A model generated the notes under the pieces. The model made no database searches. It was given only the letters and a program-made list of their open reading frames with translations, and was not told the origin of the DNA. A stretch of 64,000 bases of DNA from Callorhinchus milii (taxonomy: Eukaryota), in NCBI RefSeq assembly GCF_018977255.1, contig NW_024704743.1, positions 40,922,001-40,986,000 on the forward strand, written 5' to 3'. Positions 38,918 through 50,500 of this stretch are shown here, piece after piece; the stretch's first letter is position 1; each line of letters opens with the position of its first letter. Both the position numbers and the translations under genes were made by a program.

Positions 38918-39875
38918 AATACAAATTTACACTTATATAGCGTCTTTCAATTCAGGATGACGTCCCATGGGGCTTAACAATATTGTCTGGACACTCGGGG
39001 TCAAGGTGGTGGGTTAGGGTGGAGCTGAGGGGTGTGGGAAGGAAAAGATGATCGAAAGAAAAGGATTTGACTTGAGACAGACCCTGAACAAGGTGAGGGA
39101 GAGAGTCAGTCATCCGAGGGACTCCACGACTCCGATTGGGTGGGGGCGGGGGAGATATGAAGCAGATATGTGGTGGGAACAGGCAGGTTTTTATGCTTTG
39201 AGGAGATCACAGAGGGAGGGCTGGATGAGACCATAAAGTACTTTGAATGTTATGACCAGTATCTTGAACTAGGTGCCCTGGGGAATGAGAAGCCAATGGA
39301 GCTGAGCAAGGATGAGGGTGATAGGCTTATGGAGCCTAGTGTGGAAAAGGGCATGAGCTACAGAGTTATGAACATCCTGCAGCTTATTTAGGGAAGAGCT
39401 GGGCAGTCTGGTGAGGAGAGCATTGCTGTAGTCAAGCCTAGACGGATAAATATATGGGTGAGGGTCTCAGCAGCCCTAGGAAAGAAGTAGGTTCTTGCGA
39501 AGATAGGTGATATTTCAGAGGTGGAGGAAAGCTGAGCAGGTTGGAGTATGGACTGGGGGGTTTAAAAGAAGATGGGAGTCAGACAAGGCACAGAGGTTCC
39601 ACACTGGCTCAACAAGTTAGTGTGTGCATCCTTGCAGGTTGAAGCCTGAGGTGAGGATGTGCAGACAGGAGCCAAGCAGGAGAGCCTCTGTTTATCCCTG
39701 TGTCCTGGCCATCAATGCCAGAAATAAAAATGGCAATTCACTTCATGGCTATTTGTGGGACATTGCTATGCACAAATTGGCTGCTGTGTTTGCCTACCAA
39801 CCACACAGTCACTACACTTTACAGTATAGCACTATGATATGTCCTTCCGACGTGAAAGGCACTACAACAAATTAG
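38918..39875. mobile_element. Old L2 fragment (-, 38918-39660) followed by a family A SINE 3' part (+, ~39690-39875)
   Basis: L2 ORF2 remnant with tail; Deu segment GTGTCCTGGCC...TTTGTGGGACATTGCTATGCACAAATTGGCTGC. Confidence 0.75.
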
Positions 39876-40734
39876 GGATTTTTTTAATATAAAAGGAGAA
39901 TTAAATGTACTGTGCAGAAATATAATAATAAATAATTAAGAAAGATCATTTATTTCTATTTTATAGAGAATTTGCTTTTTACATATTGGATATTCTCCTT
40001 TTCCCGACCTTCTCCCCTTATTTGAATAAGGGAAGATCAAGAATGTTGTTCGCTCTTCCTCTCACCTCCCTTGTTTTTGTTCAGATCTCCATCTAGTGGC
40101 CTGACTGAGAACCCACCATTATCCTGCATCTCAACTACACAGTGTTCCTGGTCAGAAATTAAATGTTTGGGCTACTAAACTTCTCAGGGAATGAGTGCTT
40201 CAATCGGCTTATACAATATAGAGTATATATTATATGTCATATATATATAATGTATCACTATTATTTGTGGGCATGATTGTGCCCTGAATATTGCCATGAT
40301 TCTGTATCACGATCAAAACAGTGGTTCTCCCGCCCCCAACATACACAAATCCTTTCTTTCATTGTTGCTTGTACAGCACAGGCAAGTAATCTCCGGTTAC
40401 ATAGCAAAGGGTGGAATTTATTTACTAAGTAAATCTATTTCTTTTTGCCCCCTCAAATTTTCAAATGTTCGATCTTTCTTTGCTAAGGGTGTTCATCCAC
40501 ACTACACTGCTCATATTGAGCAACATATACCCACTCGTACCTGGGTAGTTTATGTGTGAGTATTGACATTGTGAGGCTATTCAACCGTAGGCTCATCACA
40601 GTTGTGCCCAGTCCTGTTCTGACCCCCACCTTCACACATAAATATATATATAAATATATAGCCACTAAATAGAGATCAGAAGCAGGAAAGGTGGTTTGTT
40701 GTTCCCTCCCTACCACTGAATGAGTTAAAAATCC

Positions 40735-41035
40735 AATATTCGTTGCATTTAATATTGAGCCTTATCACATTTGGAAGGTGTGTCAAAGTGCATCACAGGA
40801 TTTTACTGCAAAGTGTAGTGACTATGTAGTTTGTAGACAAATGTGGCAGTGACTTTGTACATAATAATGACCCCAAAACAGCCACAAAGTGAATGGCCAA
40901 TTTTATCTGCCAGATTATTGACGAACACACTGGGAGAAACTCCCTTCTGTTTTTAAGTGGTGCCAAGGGATCTTAAACATCCACTTGAATAGGCAGACAA
41001 GACCTTGATTTAATAGCTCATCCAAAGGACTGGAT
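40735..41035 (-). mobile_element. Family A Deu-SINE, 5'-truncated
   Basis: Deu core and L2-type tail. Confidence 0.75.
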
Positions 41036-42314
41036 CAATCAGCTAAAACAATCATCTAAATAAGTAGAGGTCAGAGATTGAACCTCAGACCTTCTGAATC
41101 TTGTGAATCAGTTTTATATTGTACAGTAAGCTTTCCCATTACCGTGTCAGAGATAAAGCTAAAGGTGAATTTCCAGTTGCTGATCAATTTAACAATGTTG
41201 TGGGCAATTGTACCTTATTATCTTCCCAGCTGTTATGAGATGATATTCAGATGTTTACTAACCAACACAAAATAAGATAAGCAATCTCACCCAGATCAGT
41301 ACAGCTACAACTTGGATTTATGTAGTAACGCCTTTCACATTAATATAAATATCTCAGTGCACTTTAGAAAATGTAGTGAATGTTATTATGTCAGCAAACA
41401 CAGCAAACTAATCCACAGCATTGTTCCACAATCCACAATAAGCTGCAGAACCAAATCATTTGAATTTGGATGAATTTCAGTTGAGGAAGAAATTGCAAGT
41501 TATTTATTTGAAAAAATATCAATGGAAGTACAGTCCCTTTACATCCACCTGAATCACAAGGCAGACAGGACCGAAAATTCATAGCACAGTGAAAGAATGG
41601 GATGGTGATTTGGAAATAAATTTGAAAAAAATTTGTATATAGAAAGAATGTTGGGATGTGCAGGTAAATAAAGCAGCTAATCTGTGCCATGTATTGAGGA
41701 CAATCTAGGAATCACTCATTGATTTTATCTGTAACCCAAGTGAAACACTTAGCTTCCCGGGTCGCTGCAGTCTAAGATTACACCCTGGACTATCGTATGC
41801 TCTATGTGTAACTGCATAAGAAAGAGTTTAACATAAACTGAACATAAGATTTATACCACTAGGGATAGCAACACTCTCATTAGTTTGTTGAAGTAGAGTC
41901 CTTAATTTTATTTAAAAGAGAATTAGATACATTTGTTAAAATAAATTAGAAAGAGGAATATTATAGGATTTGGGGAGCGACCAGGAGAGTATGATTAGTT
42001 GAGGAGGCTCATGCACAAAAACATTCCAACACAGACTTGATGGGTTGAAAAACCTGTATCTGTGCTGCAACATTAGATGATTTGATAGCCTGTGAGAGAC
42101 AAAGCCAGTGGCCACCACAACAAGGAAGTCATGCTTAGCAGGAGAGGATTTTCTTTTTCAAATTGCTGATCATAAAACATAAGATCGTCGAGAAGTATAT
42201 TTGATACCAGCACTGTTTTTAGTAAACCAATTGTGGCACCAAGATAGAGAGTGAATCACCTACACTGTTGAAGGTAGTGTGGTTGGATAAATGACAAGTG
42301 ACAAACTTAAATAG

Positions 42315-43105
42315 TAACGTAGACACAGGAGTAGACCATTCAGGCCCAGAGCCTGTTCCGCCATTCTATAAGATCATGGCTGATCTGTACTTCAACTACA
42401 ATTACTCGCCCTTGCTCCATATCCCTTGATGCCCTGAACTAACACATATCTATCCACCTCAGTCTTGAAAATGTAAATGGATCCAGCATCAACTGCCTTT
42501 TAGGGGGGAGAGTTACAGATTTTCACTACCCTTTGGGTGAAAAACTGCCTCCTGATTTCACACCTAAATGGCCCAGCTCTAATATTAAGATTATGCCCCC
42601 TTGTTCTGGATTCCCCCACCAGAGGAAATAGCTTCTCCGTATCTACCTTATCGAATCCCTTTATTATTTTAAAAACCTCAATCAGATCACCCCTCAACCT
42701 TCTAAACTCAAGGGAATACAGACTGAGTTTATGCAACCTCTCCTCATAATTTAACCCCTTAAGACCCAGTAGTATTCTGGTGAATCTGTGCTGCACCCCC
42801 TCCAGCGCTAATATATCCTTCCTGAGGTACGGTGCCCAAAACTGAACTAAGTACTCCAGATGGGGTCTGACCAAGGCTCTATACAGTTGAAGCATCATTT
42901 CCTCTACTTTACATTCCATGCTCTTGAGATAAAGGCCAACATCCCATTAGCCTTTTTGATAACTTTTTGTTCCAGTGAGTTGGAGTTTAGTGATTTGTGT
43001 ACGTTTATACCCAAATTCCTTTGCTCCTCTGCATTTCTTAGTTTCTCACCATTTAGAAAATATTCTGTTTTGTTATATTTGGATGCATAGTGGATGACTT
43101 CACAA
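42315..43105 (-). mobile_element. CR1 LINE 3' fragment (ORF2 C-terminus plus 3' UTR)
   Basis: LQLYRALVRPHLEYLVQFWAPYLRKDILALEGVQHRFTR...LYSLEFRRLRGDLIEVFKII...RTRGHNL...FFTQRVVKICNSPP, the canonical CR1 ORF2 end. Confidence 0.95.
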
Positions 43106-43184
43106 TTCCTAACTGTTTGTAAAAATCATTAAGTTCATTTTAATTCAATGTCATGGGGAGGGAAAGTGATGTGTATTATAAGAG

Positions 43185-44432
43185 TGATCTTTGCTTTTGA
43201 TATAATAAGCCTCAGAGCACTGCCCAGGATGTACCGTATAGTGTAGTGACTGTGTGCATTGAGTCGTCAAACTCAGCAGCCAATTTGCACAGCAGATGTC
43301 CCACGAATAGCTGTGAAATGAATGATTTCAATTTTATTTGGAGAACGTCTAGCTAGGATGCTGGAAGATATTCCTTTCTCTTTCAGATACTGGCATAGGA
43401 TCTTTGAGGTAAGCAACAAAAACAATTATACATATGTATATATATGGTAACGCCTTGGAGAGACAGGGATGGATGCTGCACAAGGGTGATGGGAGAGAGA
43501 GGAGGTGGAGATAGTGATAAGTCTATTCAAAGAGGTAGGATTTAAGAAGGGTAAAAAGATAAAATGAGAGAGTGAGGGTGAGACTGGGTGGTAGAGGGAG
43601 TTCTAGAGATTAGGGGTGTAGTAATTGAAGGCTCACCCACCTATGCTGGCATGGAAAGGGAAGGAGTGCACAACAAGCCCGAACTAGCTGAGCGGAGGGG
43701 AGAGTGGAGGAGTAAGTTTGCGGGAAGGTTAGAGAGATAATTGGGTCAGGGAGTTGAAGGGAGTTTTCACCTGGATTTATAGGTGAGGGTGAAGACCTTG
43801 AATTCAATCTGCTATGGGACAGGGATTAATTAGAGATAGATGAGAACTGGTTTGATAAGTGTGCAAAGTTTGATGCGGGTGCGAATTCGGATAGTGGAGT
43901 TTTGAATGGGTTGCCACTGGTGAACAGTGGAGCTCGGTAGATCAGCGAGGAATGCATTGAAAAAGTCTAAGTGGAATATGATGAAGATGTGAATAGGTAT
44001 TTCAACGCTATTGGGTGTGAGATAGAAATGGAGGTGGGCGATGTGGTGGAGATGAAGGAAGACAGGCTTGGTAAGGGGCCAGATGTGAGGGAGTAAAGAA
44101 GCTGGGGATCAGATTGGATGCCAAAGTTGCGCACCAGTCAGGATATTTGAGAGAGTCCAGGAAGGCTGAGGAATGTCAGAGTGGAAAGTGAGGCAACAAA
44201 GGCTGAAACTGAAGGGGAAAGTTTTCATCTAATCCACATTGAGTTGACATTCTCCATGCAGATGGGATGGTTTAAGATGTTATCTGAGGATGGCACCTCC
44301 AACAAGCAGCAACCACCTGTACTGTGTTGGAGTATCAGCCTAGATTATATGAGTTCAAAGTCACAATGTTGGCCTTGAACCCACAACCTTCTGACTCAGA
44401 GGCATTAGCGCTACAAGCTACATCAGGCTGAC
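43185..44432 (-). mobile_element. Family A SINE split (43185-43410 and ~44260-44432) by a nested same-strand L2 fragment (~43412-44220)
   Basis: The Deu core stops at GGATCTTT and resumes at GCAGATGGGATGGTTTAA, followed by the tRNA head; the intervening DNA has L2 ORF2 remnants and a tail. Confidence 0.8.
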
Positions 44433-45825
44433 ACACTCATCCTGTGATGTATCACATCACATAACCTATTTTCTCCCCTCTTAAATGGTACGCTAGATTT
44501 GTGATCGTTGGAATTGTTATCTTAAAACTAAAAAAGGTACCTGTGTTAATGTTGTGATGAGGGCGAGTGGAGGTACTAAGATATCACAGTGATGGTTACA
44601 AACAAACCGTAGGTGGAGGGAAAGGGAGGGACTCAGTTCAGTGAATTGCTGGTACAGAGACAAAAAGAAGAATTTCAATGCCTAAACAAATCTAAACGCA
44701 ATTTGGTATGTTTGGTAGTATTGTTCCAGTTCAACTTGCCAACTAAACTTGTCCAAAAAATAATTTGGTCACTCAATCCACGACTGTTTGTGGGACACTG
44801 CTGTTCACAATTGGCTGCTCCACTTCGCCCAGAAAATATTAAATTCAAACATTTAAATAGTCAATTCACTTTACAGTACACTCTATGAAGTGCTTCAATG
44901 ATTATTATTATGCATCTTCTTATTATAACTACATACTGTAGATATGTGAGCTGAAGCAAAGATAAGCTTTCCCTACAAGAACAGGCATGGCATCCTTTTT
45001 CCAAAACGATACCCGACAAATGTGACACAGCTGTTACCGAAGACATGAAAATTTGCAAAACGTGCTTCAGGGTCCCTAGAAGAATTCTGATTCAGGTTAA
45101 ATATTTACTCCACTTTTTTTTTCTAAATGTTAAACAACAGATAAAAAAGAAAGATAAGAAAAGGTTGCATTTAAAACTTGCTCTTTCTGCTTTGTCATTG
45201 ACGATAATGTATTGTGGCACTTGCTGACAGTTTCTAAATGAATGGTGGGACAAAGACATGGTTCAAGGAATAGAACTACAACAGATAAAATATTGAAATA
45301 AGTGATGTAGAGGGAGTATTAAAATGATAAATACATAATTTAGAAATAATAGTGGGGTCTAAAACGTGTGTTGGGTTATTTGTCTGTGGGCTAACCTTGT
45401 TCAAACACACACTTAACACTCAATTATATAATCAACCACCAATGAAAATAATTTCTGGTGATTCTGTAATCATTTTATTGCATAACTGAGAGCACCTGTA
45501 TATTAGAGCATGTTACCCTATGTGCTATTGGCCTGACCTGCATTTTAAATCCCATTACATCCAAATGAAACACTTACTTAATATTTTGACAACAGAGTGC
45601 ATGAGAAAATATTTTGTGATCATTCACTACATTGCATTTCATTGTCTGTGTGCAAAATGCAAGAAATAAAACAACTGTGAAATGAACTGTGATTGTATAA
45701 AATAAATATTATTAGAACTTTAAAGAAGTATGCCAAGCAAGTACTATTGATCATACAAAATAAGTAATAGCTCATAAGTAGTAAGTAATATGCATTTGAT
45801 TGAAAAATAAAGTAAAATATTTTAC

Positions 45826-46059
45826 CTTTCCCACATATTGGGGTTCTGACCCCATATATTCTTCCAGCACAAAGAACTGGTTCCAGATCCAGCCACGTCT
45901 AACACGTTGGAGCATAGGAGCTCCATCTCCTGACAGATCAATTATTTGGTCACTGTCTATGCGTCCTGAAGTCCTTGGTGACAGCGATTGCAGAGGTGTT
46001 AAAAGACCCTCATCAAACAGGATCCAAAGAAGCAGCGACAAGCAATTCACAATCAGCAT
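45826..46059 (-). CDS. CDH12: Type II cadherin (cadherin-12-like), first coding exon: signal peptide, propeptide, furin site and start of EC1
   Basis: ATG at 46059; translates [24 protein letters not shown]...[28 protein letters not shown] (78 aa). It has the RxRR furin site and the type II W2/W4 signature. The leader closely resembles vertebrate CDH12 ([23 protein letters not shown], recalled). Donor AAG|GTAAAA at 45826/45825, phase 0. Confidence 0.92.
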
Positions 46060-46250
46060 TTGTATGTGACAGAGTACAGCTCAGCATATATATAAAAATA
46101 GATTTGCTGGCTATAAAGATGACTTGGCATTCAAGTAGGCAGTCAGGTCTCTGTAAGTTTTCCGTCTTCACAGTTCAGATGTAAACAATCTTCTGTGTAG
46201 GAGCACTGATGCTGAGTGCCATTCGATACATCAAATTCCCACTTCTGATT
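46060..46250 (-). other. CDH12: Probable 5' UTR part of the first coding exon (191 nt)
   Basis: Minus-strand acceptor-like ttcttaacag|AATCAG at 46251/46250; repeat-free sequence up to the ATG. The exon boundary is inferred from the splice motif only. Confidence 0.6.
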
Positions 46251-47180
46251 CTGTTAAGAAGTATGCACAGAATTAAAATAGATTTTCACTCTGGATTTAG
46301 TTCTAATTATATATTTTAAAAAAAACTTGTCTAGAAGTAGCTAATATGCTAAGGTCAGTTCATCTTATTTAAAGATGTGTGTTCAGTGCCTCACACGAGA
46401 ATAAGGTAGCACAATATACAAGATCATTCAGAAGCACTTGTTTCTACCACTTCCGGAGATTCAGCTCTCAGAAGACACAAGCAATTAATCTGTCTGTTTG
46501 TCTGTCTTTCTGTTCTGTCAGTTTCAATAAAGCTCATAGTGGTTGAATCTACAGTACAAAACTGCTCCAGATTGGATATTTAATTCAGCAGTCTAGCTAA
46601 GGTTGAATGCCCCAAGATCAGACATATAATTTTGGTCCTGATACTAATGTTAAAGGAGTCAGCACTGCAATTGCCCTGTGACCTATTCTGTCTGGTAATG
46701 TACATCTCATACATTCACTGCGGTCCATTTGTCTAAGAATCAATTCTGATTTTATAAAATAAAATGTATTCTTATCAGGAATTTATATTTTCACAAATAA
46801 TATTGATCCAAGATAGCAAACCACTTCTGCTTTTGAAAACAAACACATTTAAAGCACTGCAGCGAACTTCAAATGGTAAACTAAATTTCATTAGATATCT
46901 GACAGTTGTCCCCCTGACAAAAGGATCACCATTCATCCCACCTGACCTGTGCTAATGTTTAACCTCCACAGGCGCCTCCACCCCTCCTAATTCCTTATCC
47001 CAACCCCTTTCCCGTACTCCTTTATTCCCTTCTCCCTCGTGTATGTAACAGGAAAATAAACAATTACTTGCGGCTTATAAGTACAGTTTGTCCAAATGAG
47101 ACAGCGGTGAAATTTGGATTTTTTTCATAATGTGTTCATTGTAATGCGTATTACAGGAAACCCCACGAATAATCCAACTG

Positions 47181-47551
47181 CAGTCAAACCTGTTTTCAGC
47201 AACCACTCAGGGGACTGGATCAAAGTGTATTTATATAAGAGTGGCCTCTGCATAAGGGTTTGTTGGTTTGTTAGCCAGGTCCGAATTTTTTTAAAAACAT
47301 TTTCACTGGTCAAATATTTCCATGGTCCCGGGAGCTAAGCTCCAGTTAGACTCCTAGTGCATTTACCACTGGTGAGGAGGGAAGCTATGTGCTAGGAGTC
47401 TAAAGGAGTCTATGGAAATTGGTAATTCATTCTTGGTAAATACACTTAAATTCTCTTACAAATAACCAACAGGACTACAAAATGAATGGCCACTGGTTGT
47501 GATAGACAAGTGGTTGCTGAATAGAGGTGGTTGCCTTAACAGGTTTGACTG
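47181..47551. mobile_element. Non-autonomous Tc1/mariner-superfamily (pogo/Tigger-like) MITE, 371 bp
   Basis: TIRs CAGTCAAACCTGTTTTCAGCAACCAC / GTGGTTGCCTTAACAGGTTTGACTG (14 bp perfect, ~25 bp imperfect); the TA TSD has decayed (tg / tc). Confidence 0.8.
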
Positions 47552-48233
47552 TCATTTCATTGCAGAATCATACAAAGTGCTTGTTCTTCAGCAAAGCAGA
47601 CATTATCTGCAAAGTGTAAAATTGACTATTCTTCATCAATGTTACAGGTGTTCTTCAATGTTTAGAGAAAAGCACAATACAACACAATTTACATTTATAT
47701 AGCTCCTCTCATGTCAGTAGGACATCTCAAAACACTTCTCAGTGCTGGATGGGCAGCCGACCCGGGGATGCGAGCCGAGGAGGGGCTGGGGAGAGGTAAA
47801 TTAATTGAAAGAAGTACGTTTTAAGATATGCCAAGTTTACAAGTTTAATAAATGAACTAGACAAAGTCTTTTGGAATCGCTGCTGCTGGTTTTAAGATAC
47901 AATGTAAGATCTATTGCAATCCCTGTTATGGATTTTAATTTTCTGTAACAACTGAGCCCAGATTTACTGGATTTGAAGGCACCACATGAAAATGTAGGAG
48001 AGGCTGGGGACCTCTCTACAACTCGTCCATCATATTAAGGACTTCTAGTTACAAACTGTGAAATCTACTAACCGTGCCATAACGTAAAGGTGAAATATGA
48101 CCTATTTAGGATCTTGATGTGATGTTACAAGAGATTATCATAAGTGAACATGCCTGATTTAAACCAGACCATTTACAGGGGGGGGGCTCATCACCCTTGC
48201 CACTGTAAAACAGGACAAACTCATCTCAGGCAT

Positions 48234-48547
48234 ATAAATAAATAATAATCCTTCCATTTGATATAACGTTTTTTATGTCTTCTCGACGTCTCAAATGCTT
48301 CACAGAATATGCTGTAAAGTGAATTGACCGTATATTTGTGGGCGAAACTCGGCAGCCAATTGCACACAGCAGTGTCCCACAAACAGTCATGGATTGAAAA
48401 TGACCAATTTATTATTGTTTTTTTTGAAGGGATTATTATTAGGCTTGTGGAGTAAGGAAACTTGCCCAAGGTTTCGCCCTGCCTGGAATTGAACCCAGGT
48501 GTCTCGCTTGCAAGGCGAGTGCTCTAACCACTGAGCTACAGGACTCC
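48234..48547 (-). mobile_element. Family B SINE, deleted form
   Basis: Same head and CACA(C/A)GCCT|AATAAT junction as the 1594 and 29335 copies, but a different tail loop. Confidence 0.9.
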
Positions 48548-50262
48548 GTATAAAGCAACTTTCAGTAAAATTGGAAAATACTCATAAACTGAATCAATCA
48601 ATAGTTATCATCACAAAGCTGGCAAAGTTTAATGATCCAAAACGTAGGCTTAGATTCAAACAAAATATATGAAGATATTGAAAGAATTGACTACCTTACA
48701 GAGAATATGTTCTGCTACAAAATATACCCTCATTACACTTTCTACTTAGTGCTTTGATACACATTCTTGATATGAAATGCGCTAAATCAAATGCAAGGAA
48801 TATAATGATATTCATCCTGTTTTGCTTGATATAGTCAAATAGAACCTCCAACTCATTAACAGGAGAGCCTTCAACACCATGATTCTCCATTTACAGAAAC
48901 TGTAAGAAACATTATGGGGAAAGAGACACTCTTTAGAAAGGCTGTAGAGAATGCTAAATGACTGCAGAGCACCCTTCAGACCCGCATCATTGCACTTGCA
49001 GGTGGATGAGACCTTTCCCAGACAGAGACCGATGAGTACAAGGAGATTGGAGAATAGAAAAGGGGAAGAGAATCACTTTGTACTTGTTATATGTGACTGT
49101 GCCTCTATTATCAGCACTAGCAGCACACATGAGCAGGATATTATTTTATTTGATAATGTCAATCAGCAGAGCTACATTTCTATTCAACCAATCTCCTCTC
49201 TTTATAACAAATTTAATGAGCCTGTCTTACAATCTTGAATGGACCTGTGTGATACTATATTTCCATTATTTTACCTTCTCCCTGAGTTGAAAATGCATAG
49301 TTTCATTACTACAGATTTGTTTTGTACAAGTTATGTAGGGGTATAATACTTTATTATGCGGTTAGCTCCTCTTCTTTTTTCCCCTGTTGATTTTCCTCTG
49401 ATACCATTGTATTGGGAGTCAAATTAAACAGCATTTGGCACTCAGTAAAAGTGATTAACAGAGTTATACAGGAGACTCACAGTTACTTTGGAACGAGTGA
49501 GGTACAGAAACTCAGGGTCACTCGACAGAAACTGAGTAACAGACTCACAGTCATTGATGAAGAATCCAGCTTCTAACTGGCAGGACATCACGGTTGACTC
49601 ACATAGTCCCCACTTTGGAGGGCCAGAAGTAAATCGTGGGGTTCACATAAATTAGCATCAACATACTGCCTGTTACTGTCAGGAGTCCTTGAGTGATTCT
49701 GAGTCATTATTACTAAATAAATCACAAAACTAAATATATTTTTTTAAAAATCGCTTGTTAAAGAATATAAATGCGCAATAGACAATAGCAATACCACAAT
49801 AGATAATTGTGGTATTCCTATTAACTACCCCAGTATAAAAGCCCAATGAAAACAAAATTGTTTTCTTTTGCTCTGCCAGAAACACTTCAAGAAACCAGTA
49901 CAACTATATATTATGGGGAGGAACAGGCATCACAGTTAAAATATATGGTTTAATTTGGATCAAAGATGAGAAAAACTAAATTATTCACCAGAATTTGACT
50001 TTCAGGCATAACTCAGATCATTCTTACTTTTCTTAGGGAGAGAGAAGTTCATAAAAAAAACTTAATATACACATAAAGCAGAGGCAGGATAGTGGTGCTG
50101 ACAGGAAACTGAGCACATTTACCATACTCCACGCTGAAGGAAAATGTGATGTATGCATTGAGCCACTCGTAGATGGAAGTGATGAAATACATACATTTAA
50201 TTCATGCACATGAACAAACCATTTCCGCCATGAAAGACATTTTTATACAAGATTTAACTTAC

Positions 50263-50500
50263 CCTTTTTCCATTGAACTAGGATTTCATAGCTTTACTAC
50301 TGCATATATTCCAACAGTTTATAATCCAGCAGCACATTAGCAAGCCGCAAGCCTGGACAACAACACTGCTGATAGAATGGGCTGCTCTCTGACTGACGGG
50401 TGCACATCGTCTGTGATAATTGCGCTGTGTGTGGGTAGTTCCCAGTCGAAAGAAGAGCAAGATTACACACGGTTGTAGAGTAGCACATGAGTTACTAGCT
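50263..50500 (-). other. Candidate upstream non-coding exon of the cadherin gene (5' boundary unknown)
   Basis: Near-consensus donor AAGG|GTAAGT on the minus strand at 50263/50262, preceded by a repeat-free segment retaining several CpGs; AP-1-like TGAGTCA at 50567-50573. Confidence 0.3.
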
